From Patescibacteria group bacterium (GTDB lineage: Bacteria; Patescibacteriota; Patescibacteriia; Patescibacteriales; UBA12465): a stretch of 43,268 nucleotides of DNA. The position numbers and the translations under genes are program-made. Where the stretch lies: assembly GCA_029982795.1 (NCBI GenBank), contig JARRBY010000003.1:1-43268 (forward strand), written 5' to 3'. Below are positions 25,272 through 34,611 of the stretch, in pieces. The notes under the pieces were generated by a model that was not told the origin of the DNA, searched no databases, and saw nothing but the letters and a program-made list of their open reading frames with translations. Within the stretch, counting starts at the first letter, position 1. Each line of letters starts with the position of its first letter.

Positions 25272-26711
25272 ATGAAAATTCCGGATTTTGTTATGACGAC
25301 AACAACTAAAATTAAAGCCGCTGGTTTTAAGGCTTTTATAGTAGGTGGTTGTGTTCGAGATTTTTTAATGAATAAAGAGCCTCAGGATTGGGATATAACA
25401 ACTAATGCTAAACCAGAAGAAATTGTTTCTCTTTTTCCCGAAGCTAAATATAATAATTCTTTTGGTACGGTTTTGTTACCTATTCGTGATCGTGAAGAAA
25501 AAATTATTACTGTTTTAGAAATTACAACCTATCGTAGTGAAGCGACCTATACTGATCGTCGCCATCCTGATAAGGTGGAATTTGAAAAGGAATTAGATAA
25601 AGATTTATCACGACGTGATTTTACTATTAATGCGTTAGCAATTGATCCTGCTAATCCTGATTTAATAGTTGACTTATTTGGTGGCCGTAAAGATATTAAG
25701 TTAAAAATAATCAGAGCAATCGGTGAACCGACCGATCGTTTTAAAGAAGATGCTTTAAGAATGTTACGAGCGGTGCGATTTGCGACTCAACTTGATTTTA
25801 CCTTAGAACCAAAAACAGAAAGAGCGATTATTAAATTAGCCGGTAGTCTTAAATTTGTTTCCAATGAAAGAATTAGGGATGAGTTTATAAAAATACTTGC
25901 TTCTGAAAGACCGGCGAAAGGCATAGAACTACTGCATAAAACTAAACTTCTGCAATATATTGTTCCAGAATTAGAGCAGGGAGTTAATGTAAAGCAAGAT
26001 AGACACCATATTTATCCGGTTTTTAAACATAACTTGTTAGCTTTAAAATACTGTCCTAGTAAAGATTGGCAAGTTCGTTTAGCCGCTCTTTTACACGATG
26101 TTGCTAAACCAAAAACAAGAAAAATTATAAAAAATATAGCAACTTTTTATAATCATGAATATTTGGGGGCAAAAATGGTTAATCGAATTATGACGAGGCT
26201 TAAATTTAGTAATGAAGATAGAGATAGAGTGGTTAATTTGGTAAAAAACCACATGTTCTATTATAATGTTGGTGAAGTAACGGCCGCTTCAGTGCGACGT
26301 TTAATTGCTAAAGTCGGTCGAGAAAACTTAGCTGATTTAATTGATTTACGAGTAGCTGATCGTTTGGGTTCCGGAACTCCCAAGGCGATGCCTTATAAAT
26401 TAAGACATTTGCAATATATGATGGAAAAAGTACAACATGATCCGATATCAGCAAAAATGTTAAAGGTAAATGGAAATACTTTAATGACTGCTTTAAAATT
26501 AGCACCGGGACCAAAAATAGGGGCTATTTTAGATGTTTTGTTAAGTGAAGTAATAGAAGACCCGAGTTTAAATGAAGAAGATAAACTTTTAGCAAGAGCA
26601 AAAAAATTAAATGAGCTTCAATTAGAGGAGTTACGCCGGAAAGCAAAGACGGTGATTGCTGAAAAAAGACAAGAAGAAGATAAAAATATTAAAAAACAAT
26701 TTAAAATTTAA
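25272..26711 (+). CDS. cca: CCA tRNA nucleotidyltransferase with HD domain
   Basis: VGGCVRD, DWDITT, RRDFTINA, EDALRMLRAVRF, ERIRDE, LLHDVAKP. Confidence 0.93.
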   Translation: MKIPDFVMTTTTKIKAAGFKAFIVGGCVRDFLMNKEPQDWDITTNAKPEEIVSLFPEAKYNNSFGTVLLPIRDREEKIITVLEITTYRSEATYTDRRHPDKVEFEKELDKDLSRRDFTINALAIDPANPDLIVDLFGGRKDIKLKIIRAIGEPTDRFKEDALRMLRAVRFATQLDFTLEPKTERAIIKLAGSLKFVSNERIRDEFIKILASERPAKGIELLHKTKLLQYIVPELEQGVNVKQDRHHIYPVFKHNLLALKYCPSKDWQVRLAALLHDVAKPKTRKIIKNIATFYNHEYLGAKMVNRIMTRLKFSNEDRDRVVNLVKNHMFYYNVGEVTAASVRRLIAKVGRENLADLIDLRVADRLGSGTPKAMPYKLRHLQYMMEKVQHDPISAKMLKVNGNTLMTALKLAPGPKIGAILDVLLSEVIEDPSLNEEDKLLARAKKLNELQLEELRRKAKTVIAEKRQEEDKNIKKQFKI

Positions 26712-26722
26712 TTATAGATATT

Positions 26723-27385
26723 ATGTTAAAAAAAATAGGATTAATTATATCTTTAGTTTCAATCACGCTACTTTTAAGTGCTTGTACAACCGAGAAGGAA
26801 ACAACAACTGGTGCGGTAAACAATAATTTAATTATTAATCAAAATATAAATAATAATATGAATAATAACAGAACCCTTGATGGTCAAGTGGATTTAGCGT
26901 CAGAATACAAAGCAGCGCTTATAAAAACTAATTTAGGTGACATTAAAGTAGAGTTTTATGCGGAAGAGTCGCCGTTAACTGTTAATAATTTTCTTAATTT
27001 AGCTAAAGATGGTTTTTATGATAATACTAAATTTCATCGTGTTATTAAGGATTTTATGATACAAGGTGGTGATCCTAATAGTCGGGGAGATAATTATATG
27101 ATCTATGGTACCGGTGGTCCGGGCTATACTTTTAAGGATGAAATTAATAATCATAAATTAGTAGCCGGTAGTTTAGCGATGGCTAATTCGGGGGCAAATA
27201 CCAATGGTTCCCAATTTTTTATTGTTACTCTTGATAGCACTCCTTGGCTTGATGGTAAGCATACTAATTTTGGTCAAGTTGTAGCGGGAATGGATGTAGT
27301 TATGAAAATAGAAGGAGTAACAACCGGGGAACGTGATATTCCTTTAGAACCGGTTGTAATAAATACAATAGAACTGTTACAATAA
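26723..27385 (+). CDS. Cyclophilin-type peptidyl-prolyl isomerase, lipoprotein
   Basis: Lipobox LSAC; FHRVIKDFMIQGGD, LAMANSGANTNGSQFFI, WLDGKHTNFGQV. Confidence 0.95.
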   Translation: MLKKIGLIISLVSITLLLSACTTEKETTTGAVNNNLIINQNINNNMNNNRTLDGQVDLASEYKAALIKTNLGDIKVEFYAEESPLTVNNFLNLAKDGFYDNTKFHRVIKDFMIQGGDPNSRGDNYMIYGTGGPGYTFKDEINNHKLVAGSLAMANSGANTNGSQFFIVTLDSTPWLDGKHTNFGQVVAGMDVVMKIEGVTTGERDIPLEPVVINTIELLQ

Positions 27386-27389
27386 AAAG

Positions 27390-27809
27390 ATGCCTAAAAT
27401 AGATAAAAAAATTAGAGCTTTAGCGGTTGTTATTATTAAACATAATAATCGTATTTTAGTATCACCGCTTTATGATAGAGAAAAAGATTGGCATTTCTTT
27501 CGCCTTTTAGGGGGAGGAATTGAGTTTGGAGAAAGAGCACAAGAAGCTTTAGAGCGTGAAATTAAAGAAGAGTTAGATAAAGAAATTGTAAATATTTCAC
27601 TTGTAGAAGTAAGTGAAAATATATTTCAGTATCAGGGGAAAAAGGGACATGAAATTTGTTTTATTTATCAGGCTGATTTTAAAAATAAGGCAGATTACAA
27701 TATAGAAGAATTTTCAATTTTAGATCAAGCTGATCGAAAAGCAATTTGGGTGGAATTAAATGAGGAAAATAGAAAAAAAATTACACCAATAATAAATAAA
27801 AAATATTAA
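27390..27809 (+). CDS. NUDIX hydrolase
   Basis: Nudix box GGGIEFGERAQEALEREIKEEL. Confidence 0.92.
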   Translation: MPKIDKKIRALAVVIIKHNNRILVSPLYDREKDWHFFRLLGGGIEFGERAQEALEREIKEELDKEIVNISLVEVSENIFQYQGKKGHEICFIYQADFKNKADYNIEEFSILDQADRKAIWVELNEENRKKITPIINKKY

Positions 27810-27813
27810 TTAT

Positions 27814-28968
27814 ATGAGAGTATATTTAGATAATGCGGCGACAACGCCTTTAGACCCTCGGGTTTTAAAAAAAATGTTACCTTATTTTACCGAAAAATTT
27901 GGTAATCCTGCTTCTATTCATGCCCTGGGACAAGAAGCTTTTATCGCTTTGGAAGAAGCAAGAGAAAAAGTTGCCAATATTTTAAAAGCCCCAAAAGATT
28001 CTCTGGTTTTTACTTCAGGAGCGACTGAATCAAATAATTTTATTATCAGAGGCCTTGCTTTAGCAAATAAAAATGAAAAAAGAAAACGGATTATTATTTC
28101 CGCAATTGAGCACCCTTGTGTTCGTGAAGCCGCCAGAAGATTAATGGTTGCGGGATATACTATTGATTATGTACCGGCTAATAAGGAGGGAATAGTGACT
28201 GCTAAGGCTTTAGAAAATCTAATAGGGGATGATGTTTTATTGGTTTCTGTTATGATGGTTAATAATGAAATTGGAACTATTCAGGATATCAAAAAATTAG
28301 CTACTATAGCCCATCGCTTTGGTGCTTATTTTCATAGTGACGCTGTTCAAGCCGTACCATATTTAAATATAGATATTAAGGCTTTAAAAGTAGATTTTTT
28401 AAGTTTATCAGCTCATAAGTTTTACGGACCAAAAGGAGTGGGCTTAGCTTATATTAATCCTGATATTAAAATGCAAGCTTTAATTGTTGGTGGTGGACAA
28501 GAAAATAATTTACGTTCCGGTACTCATAATTTACCCGGTATAATTGGTTTAAGTGAAGCGCTGTATTTAGCTTACCGGGAAAGAGATGAATATCTTAAAA
28601 GAATAAGTAAATTACAGAAATATTTTTGGGAAAAATTAAAACAAGAAATTCCTGAAGTTTTAATTAATGGTAGCTGGGAAAAAAGAGTTCCTGCTAATTT
28701 AAATGTGCGTTTTCGTTATATTGAAGGAGAAGCAATTTTAATGGATTTATCTCAAAAGGGAATTTGTGTTTCTACTGGTTCAGCTTGTTCTGCTTCAGAT
28801 TTAAGAGCTTCTTATGTTCTTAAAGAAATAGGATTAGATAAAAATTATTTAAATAGTAATATCCGTTTTTCATTTGGTCGTTTTACCACTAAAGCAGAGC
28901 TTGATTATACAATTAAGGCTTTAAAGCAAACGGTAAAAAGACTACGAGCTTTCTCTCCAATAAATTAA
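27814..28968 (+). CDS. iscS: Cysteine desulfurase, IscS/NifS type
   Basis: YLDNAATTP, FTSGATESNN, HSDAVQA, SAHKFYGPKG, STGSACS. Confidence 0.95.
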   Translation: MRVYLDNAATTPLDPRVLKKMLPYFTEKFGNPASIHALGQEAFIALEEAREKVANILKAPKDSLVFTSGATESNNFIIRGLALANKNEKRKRIIISAIEHPCVREAARRLMVAGYTIDYVPANKEGIVTAKALENLIGDDVLLVSVMMVNNEIGTIQDIKKLATIAHRFGAYFHSDAVQAVPYLNIDIKALKVDFLSLSAHKFYGPKGVGLAYINPDIKMQALIVGGGQENNLRSGTHNLPGIIGLSEALYLAYRERDEYLKRISKLQKYFWEKLKQEIPEVLINGSWEKRVPANLNVRFRYIEGEAILMDLSQKGICVSTGSACSASDLRASYVLKEIGLDKNYLNSNIRFSFGRFTTKAELDYTIKALKQTVKRLRAFSPIN

Positions 28969-29037
28969 AATTATTTTCTTGATTTTATTAATAATTTATA
29001 GTATATTTAGAAAATATAAAAAATTAAGCATTGAAAT

Positions 29038-29511
29038 ATGTCATTAAATTATACGAAAAAAACCTTAGAACATTTTTTAAGGCCAAAAAATATTGGGAAA
29101 ATTGTGCATCCTGATGGTTATGCACAAATTGGTAATATGGTCTGTGGTGACCAATTAGACTTTTTTTTGAAGGTAAAGGAGGGAAAAATTATTGATGTAA
29201 AATTTCTTTCTTTTGGTTGTGCTTCAAATATCGCTACTGCCTCTATTTTAACGGAGAAAGTTAAAGGTATGACGATAGAACAAGCTAAAAAATATGCTTG
29301 GCAAGAAGTAGTTGATGATTTAGGAGGGTTACCTAAACAAAAATTGCACTGCTCCGTAATGGCAGTTCAAGGTTTAAAAAAGGCAATTTCCGATTATGAG
29401 GAAAAACAACAAGTGTTACCTAAAGTAAAAAAAACCAAGAAAAAGGAAGAAAAAACCAAGAAAAAAATAAGTGTAAAAAAATCAAGTTTAAAAAAAACCA
29501 AGAAAAAATAA
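29038..29511 (+). CDS. iscU: Fe-S cluster scaffold IscU/NifU-N with a Lys-rich tail
   Basis: HFLRPKNIG, CGD, FGCAS, KLHCS; KKTKKK three times in the tail. Confidence 0.93.
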   Translation: MSLNYTKKTLEHFLRPKNIGKIVHPDGYAQIGNMVCGDQLDFFLKVKEGKIIDVKFLSFGCASNIATASILTEKVKGMTIEQAKKYAWQEVVDDLGGLPKQKLHCSVMAVQGLKKAISDYEEKQQVLPKVKKTKKKEEKTKKKISVKKSSLKKTKKK

Positions 29512-29517
29512 GATAAT

Positions 29518-29551
29518 AAAAAACGCCCAACAATTAAGTTGAGCGTTTTTT
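29518..29551. terminator. Bidirectional intrinsic terminator
   Basis: AAAAACGCCCAAC/GTTGAGCGTTTTT. Confidence 0.8.
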
Positions 29552-29571
29552 GTTTTATCAAAGTTTTAGCA

Positions 29572-29829
29572 CTAGAATCTTTTTTCCATAGGACGAGCCT
29601 CATTGACGACAACGCGACGTCCGTCTAATTCTTGGTTGTTGTACATTTCAATGGCTTTGTCTGCTTCCGCATCATCTTCCATTTCCACGAAACCAAATCC
29701 TTTAGATCTTTGAGTCATTCTATCCTTAATAATGATAGCAGATAAAACTTTGCCGGCTTTTGAAAAAGCTTCATTTAAAGCTTCCTCAGTGGTCTTGAAA
29801 TTCAAGCCGCCGACGAATAATTTCTTCAT
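29572..29829 (-). CDS. RRM-domain RNA-binding protein
   Basis: RNP2 LFVGGL, RNP1 KGFGFVEM, VNEARP. Confidence 0.95.
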   Translation of the reverse strand: MKKLFVGGLNFKTTEEALNEAFSKAGKVLSAIIIKDRMTQRSKGFGFVEMEDDAEADKAIEMYNNQELDGRRVVVNEARPMEKRF

Positions 29830-29932
29830 GTTTGTTTCTTTTTAGTTTACAAATGTAAGACGACCTTTTTTAGCAAAGAAAGGCCGAATCAGAGATACGC
29901 CCTTTCTTAAAAATTGCTTACCTACAAAAGTA

Positions 29933-29961
29933 AGTATAGGTGTTTTTTGTAATAATGTCAA
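29933..29961 (-). promoter_or_regulatory. Sigma70 promoter for the RRM gene
   Basis: Minus strand TTGACA-17-TATACT, giving a leader of about 95 nt. Confidence 0.8.
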
Positions 29962-29965
29962 GGAT

Positions 29966-30652
29966 TTAAGAAATATTTACTTTTACCCCATGACTCATAG
30001 AAGAAGCGATCGTTATACCCTTAATAAAGGTTCCTTTAGCTGAACTTGGCTTAAGGCGACGAACCGCTTCAATAAAGACTTGAAAATTTTCTATTAATTT
30101 TTCGTCAGAAAAACTAAGTTTACCAATTACCGCATGGAGGTTACCGGTATCATCATTCTTAAAGCTTACTTTACCCTTTTTTAACTCAGAAATAGCCTTT
30201 ACGATATTTGGGGTAACAGTTTCATTTTTAGGGGAAGGCATTAATCCACGGGTACCTAAAATTTTAGCGATGACGGCTAAATTTTTCATTAAAGCCGGTT
30301 CTGCAACGGCAACTTGAAAATCAGTTTTTTCAGTTTTTTTAATTTCGGCAATCAATTCTTCACCGCCGACAAAATCAGCCCCAGCATCTTTAGCTAATTT
30401 TTCGTTTTCCGGAGAAACAAAAGCGGCGATTTTAATTGTTTTACCGGTACCATGAGGAAGGTTAACGGCGCCTCTAATTTGTTGATCACTTTTTTTAGTA
30501 TTAATTCCTAAATTTACATGTACCTCAACAGCGCCATCAAATTTAGCGGTACTGATTTTTTTTACAATTTCAATTGCTTCTTTAATGGGGTATTGTCTAT
30601 TTTTATCGTAAATAGTTGAAAAGTCTTTTTTGTTAATTTTTTTGTTTTCCAT
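29966..30652 (-). CDS. rplA: 50S ribosomal protein L1
   Basis: QQIRGAVNLPHGTGK, LGTRGLMPSPK; follows rplK. Confidence 0.98.
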   Translation of the reverse strand: MENKKINKKDFSTIYDKNRQYPIKEAIEIVKKISTAKFDGAVEVHVNLGINTKKSDQQIRGAVNLPHGTGKTIKIAAFVSPENEKLAKDAGADFVGGEELIAEIKKTEKTDFQVAVAEPALMKNLAVIAKILGTRGLMPSPKNETVTPNIVKAISELKKGKVSFKNDDTGNLHAVIGKLSFSDEKLIENFQVFIEAVRRLKPSSAKGTFIKGITIASSMSHGVKVNIS

Positions 30653-30657
30653 AGTAT

Positions 30658-30691
30658 TGTGGTGCAGGCGTAATGAATTATTACTCCCACA
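30658..30691 (-). promoter_or_regulatory. Putative L1-binding autoregulatory RNA element upstream of rplA
   Basis: Minus strand TGTGG-GAG-TAAT...ATTAC-GCCTGCA-CCACA: stem with a GGGAG internal loop like the L1 site, 5 nt before the rplA ATG. Confidence 0.7.
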
Positions 30692-30705
30692 TTATGATAA
30701 ATTAA

Positions 30706-31128
30706 TTATTTAATATCTACTCCCATTTGACGAGCAGTACCGGCAATAATTTTTTTTGCCGCTTCAAGATCACGAGCACTTAAGTCAGGCATCTTAATTT
30801 CGGCAATTTCCGTCAATTGTTTATCGGTAATTGAACCAACTTTTTCTGTCAGAGGTTTTCCTGATCCCTTTTTAATTCCGGCCGCTTTTTTGATCAATTC
30901 TGCCGCCGGAGTGGTTTTTAGAATAAAGCTGTAGCTTCTATCTTCATAAACGGTAATTTCAACCGGCACAATATTACCCATTTTGTCTTTTGTTTTATCA
31001 TTGAAATCTTTACAAAATTCTGCAATATTTAATCCGTGTTGTCCTAAAGCAGGACCAACTGGTGGAGCGGGATTAGCTTGTCCTCCGGCAATTTGTAATT
31101 TTATTTTTGTTTTTATTTTCTTAGCCAT
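30706..31128 (-). CDS. rplK: 50S ribosomal protein L11
   Basis: [26 protein letters not shown]. Confidence 0.98.
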   Translation of the reverse strand: MAKKIKTKIKLQIAGGQANPAPPVGPALGQHGLNIAEFCKDFNDKTKDKMGNIVPVEITVYEDRSYSFILKTTPAAELIKKAAGIKKGSGKPLTEKVGSITDKQLTEIAEIKMPDLSARDLEAAKKIIAGTARQMGVDIK

Positions 31129-31172
31129 ATAATATTATTTAATAGACGTAGAAGCACCGTCTGTTTTCATTA

Positions 31173-31718
31173 TTATCCTTTTTTAATTTGCAGAAAGTCT
31201 AATTCAACCGGAGTTTCGCGACCAAAAAGAGAAACAGATACTTTAACTTTACCTTTAGCTTCATCAATCGCTGTGACCTTTCCTTCCATATTCTTAAAGG
31301 GACCTTCATTAATTTTAACAGGGGAACCAATTTCAACATCAATTTGAAATTTAGGATCTTCAACCCCCATTCTTTTTTGCAAAGCTTTTACTTCAGCGTC
31401 ACTAATTGGAGTGGGAATAGTCCCACTGCCAATAAAACCGGTCACGTTAGGAGTGTTACGTACTATATACCAAGATTCATCAGTTACTATCATTTCTACT
31501 AAAATATAGCCCGGGAAGATTTTTTCTTCACTAACTTTTCTTTTTCCATTTTTAATTTTAATCTTTTTTTCAGTGGGGATTAAAACGTTAAAAATTTTAT
31601 CCTCCATATCCAAGGATTCCACTCTTTGTTTTAAATTTTGCGCCACATTTTCTTCGTATCCAGAATAAGTATGAATAACGTACCAGCGACGTCCTTGGTT
31701 TAAAAGTTGTTTAGCCAT
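31173..31718 (-). CDS. nusG: Transcription termination/antitermination factor NusG
   Basis: WYVIHTYSGYE, IFPGYILVEM, KOW domain, FGRETPVELDF. Confidence 0.98.
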   Translation of the reverse strand: MAKQLLNQGRRWYVIHTYSGYEENVAQNLKQRVESLDMEDKIFNVLIPTEKKIKIKNGKRKVSEEKIFPGYILVEMIVTDESWYIVRNTPNVTGFIGSGTIPTPISDAEVKALQKRMGVEDPKFQIDVEIGSPVKINEGPFKNMEGKVTAIDEAKGKVKVSVSLFGRETPVELDFLQIKKG

Positions 31719-31754
31719 AAATTTATTTTAAAGCTATTTTAATGATTATTTTTT

Positions 31755-31934
31755 TTAAATTATCAGTTTAAAGCCGAGGTTAAAAATAAAGTCAAGTAAA
31801 CCCAGAAAAGCAGCCACTGATAAACTTATAATTATTACTAAGGTGGTATAACGGTAGGTTTCTTTTTTACTGGGCCAAGTTACCTTTTTCATTTCGGCAA
31901 TTGACTCTTTTATGTATTTTGTCAGTTTGTTCAT
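31755..31934 (-). CDS. secE: Preprotein translocase subunit SecE (59 aa, below the ORF-track cutoff)
   Basis: MNKLTKYIKESIAEMKKVTWPSKKE followed by one TM helix; directly upstream of nusG. Confidence 0.96.
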   Translation of the reverse strand: MNKLTKYIKESIAEMKKVTWPSKKETYRYTTLVIIISLSVAAFLGLLDFIFNLGFKLII

Positions 31935-32167
31935 ATATAGGCAAAATTGGTAATTAAAAATGGCTGCAAGGCCACTTATATATCACGTATTAATAATACA
32001 AAATAGTGCAATTTATGTCAAGACTTGATTAAGACTTATTGATAAATAAAAAAAGCTTAATTTTGAGTATTAGGAAAATGAGAAAAACTAAACTTTTATT
32101 GCTTTTTTTGCTAAAAGCGGATAAAATAAAAACAATTGAGCAAATTATATATTTTTATTGCTAATTT

Positions 32168-33895
32168 ATGGTAAGCCCTAATTTAATTAGAAAACAAGTT
32201 AATGCTGAGCCTTTAGAATTTAATGATAATACAAAGAAATTATTTCAAATTATTTATTCTGAGGCTAATCGTAAAGAAGAGGAAGGGGAAAATGAACCTA
32301 AAATCAAAGTAGGGGAACTTATCTCTCACCTGTCTCTTTTCTATGAAAAAATTAGAAATGCGGTGCAGTATGATGAAGATCATTTATTGCGTAAAAATGC
32401 AATTTCTCGTATTTTACGTCGTCAAGTTATAATTGAAGGAGTAATCAAAGAGGTTGATAGTGAAAAATTATCCCAGCATCTTTTAACAGAACTTATTCGT
32501 GGCGGGTATCTTCCCAATAACGCTATTTTGGAAAAAAAAATAGCAGAAATTTCTGTTCTTTTAGATAAATATCTCCAATTAAAAGATGAGGTAATTTCAA
32601 ACATTAATTCTGTTTTAAATGCTAAAACCAATATTAGCAGTGCCAATAAATTATTACAAAAGAAAAACAATGTTATTCGTTGGTTGTTAAATTTAGCCGC
32701 TTGTGAAATTGAAGAAAATTTAAATCCTAATCGTGTTAAAAAGATAATCGTTGGAAACATGTTTGACGTTTTATGTCATGATATAGCTCTACCTAGTAAT
32801 TCACCTTATAGCCAAGATTTAGAAATACAAATTTATTTAAGTATTGGACGTAAATTTCTCAAGCTGGATAAGGACATGTTAAGTTTTGTTTTATTTAAAT
32901 ATTACAACGAAAATTGGTTAGATTTGAATAAAATTAGTGATAAAGAAGAAAAGAAAAGAGAAATTAAAAAGATTGCCCAGCGTTTTGATGCTTTAGATGC
33001 TAAAATTAATCAACAATTAAATCATAGTCTTTCTCGAGATTTGGATAAAATTGTTCGTCGTTATGCTCTTTATTTTACTATTTTAACGGAGGCAATTTCA
33101 GAAAATCCAGTTCAAGCTTATAAATTGGCTCAGGAAGGAGAAAAACCATTTTCGCAACTGATTGCTAAAATCTGTAATAATAAATATAAAAATGCTAAAT
33201 CCCGACTGTGGCGCGCGGGTTTAAGAAGTATTATTTATATATTTTTAACAAAATCAGTATTTGTTCTTTTAATAGAAGTTCCGGCTATTAAGTGGTTTGG
33301 TGAAAATCTTAATATTTTAACACTGGCGATAAACATTTCTTTTCCCGCAATCTTGCTTCTTTTCATTATTTTGTTTACCAGAAAGCCGGGTAGCAATAAT
33401 ACGGATAAAATTATAGCCGGAATTAAGCAGGTAACCTTGGTGGGTAAAGAGAATAAACAGCCAATCTATATTAAACCTAAACGTAAACGTCGTTTTTTAA
33501 CTAATTTGATTTTTAATCTGATTTATACTACTGCTTTTATCTTTTCTCTTTACTTAATTATCAATGTCTTAACGGCAATTAATTTTACTTGGGTGAGTAT
33601 AATAATATTTTTATTCTTTCTTGCCTTTGTCAGTTTCTTTAGCATTATTGTTACTCGTGGAATTAGAGAATTAATGATAGTAGAGCGGCAAGAAAATATT
33701 GTCACTTTTTTGGTAGATTTATTTTATATGCCCATTATTTTAGTAGGTCGCTGGTTATCAGGGAACATGTCTCGTATTAATGTCTTTATTTTCTTTTTTG
33801 ATTTTATTATTGAAGCCCCGTTTAAGATTTTAGTGGATGTAGCCGAAGATTGGACACGTTATATCAGAGAAAGACGAGATAACATGGAATCATAA
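32168..33895 (+). CDS. Hypothetical protein with a large soluble N-terminus and C-terminal TM helices
   Basis: 575-aa ORF; FYEKIRNAVQYDEDHLLRKNAI.RILRR motif recalled from CPR genomes; about 4-5 TM segments. Confidence 0.85.
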   Translation: MVSPNLIRKQVNAEPLEFNDNTKKLFQIIYSEANRKEEEGENEPKIKVGELISHLSLFYEKIRNAVQYDEDHLLRKNAISRILRRQVIIEGVIKEVDSEKLSQHLLTELIRGGYLPNNAILEKKIAEISVLLDKYLQLKDEVISNINSVLNAKTNISSANKLLQKKNNVIRWLLNLAACEIEENLNPNRVKKIIVGNMFDVLCHDIALPSNSPYSQDLEIQIYLSIGRKFLKLDKDMLSFVLFKYYNENWLDLNKISDKEEKKREIKKIAQRFDALDAKINQQLNHSLSRDLDKIVRRYALYFTILTEAISENPVQAYKLAQEGEKPFSQLIAKICNNKYKNAKSRLWRAGLRSIIYIFLTKSVFVLLIEVPAIKWFGENLNILTLAINISFPAILLLFIILFTRKPGSNNTDKIIAGIKQVTLVGKENKQPIYIKPKRKRRFLTNLIFNLIYTTAFIFSLYLIINVLTAINFTWVSIIIFLFFLAFVSFFSIIVTRGIRELMIVERQENIVTFLVDLFYMPIILVGRWLSGNMSRINVFIFFFDFIIEAPFKILVDVAEDWTRYIRERRDNMES

Positions 33896-33896
33896 T

Positions 33897-34598
33897 ATGA
33901 GTGCTTTACTAAGCGTTGTTGCCACGCCTATTGGCAACCGAGAGGATATTACTCTAAGAGCCCTGCGGGTTTTTCGGGAAGCGGACTTAATTTTATGTGA
34001 GGATACTCGTGTTGCTAAAAAATTGCTTGCTTATTATGAAATAAAAACACCTCTTCTTTCCTATCACCAACATTCTGATAATTTAAAAACTGAAAAAATT
34101 AAGGAACTTCTAAAAGCAGGGAATAAGTTAGCTTTAATAAGTGATGCCGGTACGCCAGGTGTGTCTGATCCGGGTAGCAAATTAATTTCCCAATTACGAG
34201 AAACTAAAGATTTGGATCTTAAAATGGAAATAATTCCTGGTCCTTCCGCTTTAACCGCTGCTTTATCACTAGCCGGGACAGGTTTTGATCGTTTCATTTT
34301 CTTAGGCTTTCTGCCACACAAGAAGGGAAGACAAACTTTTATATCTCAAATTATTAATTCAAAAATGTCTTTTGTCCTTTATGAATCCAAGCATCGTCTC
34401 CTTAAATTACTTCAGGAGTTAAGTCGGGCGAGTGAATTGGTGGGAGCAAAAAAAGAACTTTTAATATTTCGAGAAATTAGTAAATTGCACGAAAGTGTTT
34501 ATAAAGGAGAGCCTGATGTATTACTGACAGATTTACAAAAAGATGCTAATAATTTAAAAGGAGAATTTGTCGTTTTAATAAAGGATAAAAATAGATAA
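33897..34598 (+). CDS. rsmI: 16S rRNA C1402 2'-O-methyltransferase
   Basis: VATPIGNREDITLRAL, CEDTR, SDAGTPGVSDPG, YESKHR, KGEFV. Confidence 0.95.
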   Translation: MSALLSVVATPIGNREDITLRALRVFREADLILCEDTRVAKKLLAYYEIKTPLLSYHQHSDNLKTEKIKELLKAGNKLALISDAGTPGVSDPGSKLISQLRETKDLDLKMEIIPGPSALTAALSLAGTGFDRFIFLGFLPHKKGRQTFISQIINSKMSFVLYESKHRLLKLLQELSRASELVGAKKELLIFREISKLHESVYKGEPDVLLTDLQKDANNLKGEFVVLIKDKNR

Positions 34599-34611
34599 AA
34601 TTTTAAAAATT

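Noticed and set aside
31935-32167. tRNA-Trp or rpmG expected upstream of secE
   Set aside because: No cloverleaf or L33 ORF is visible; only a short hairpin and a promoter
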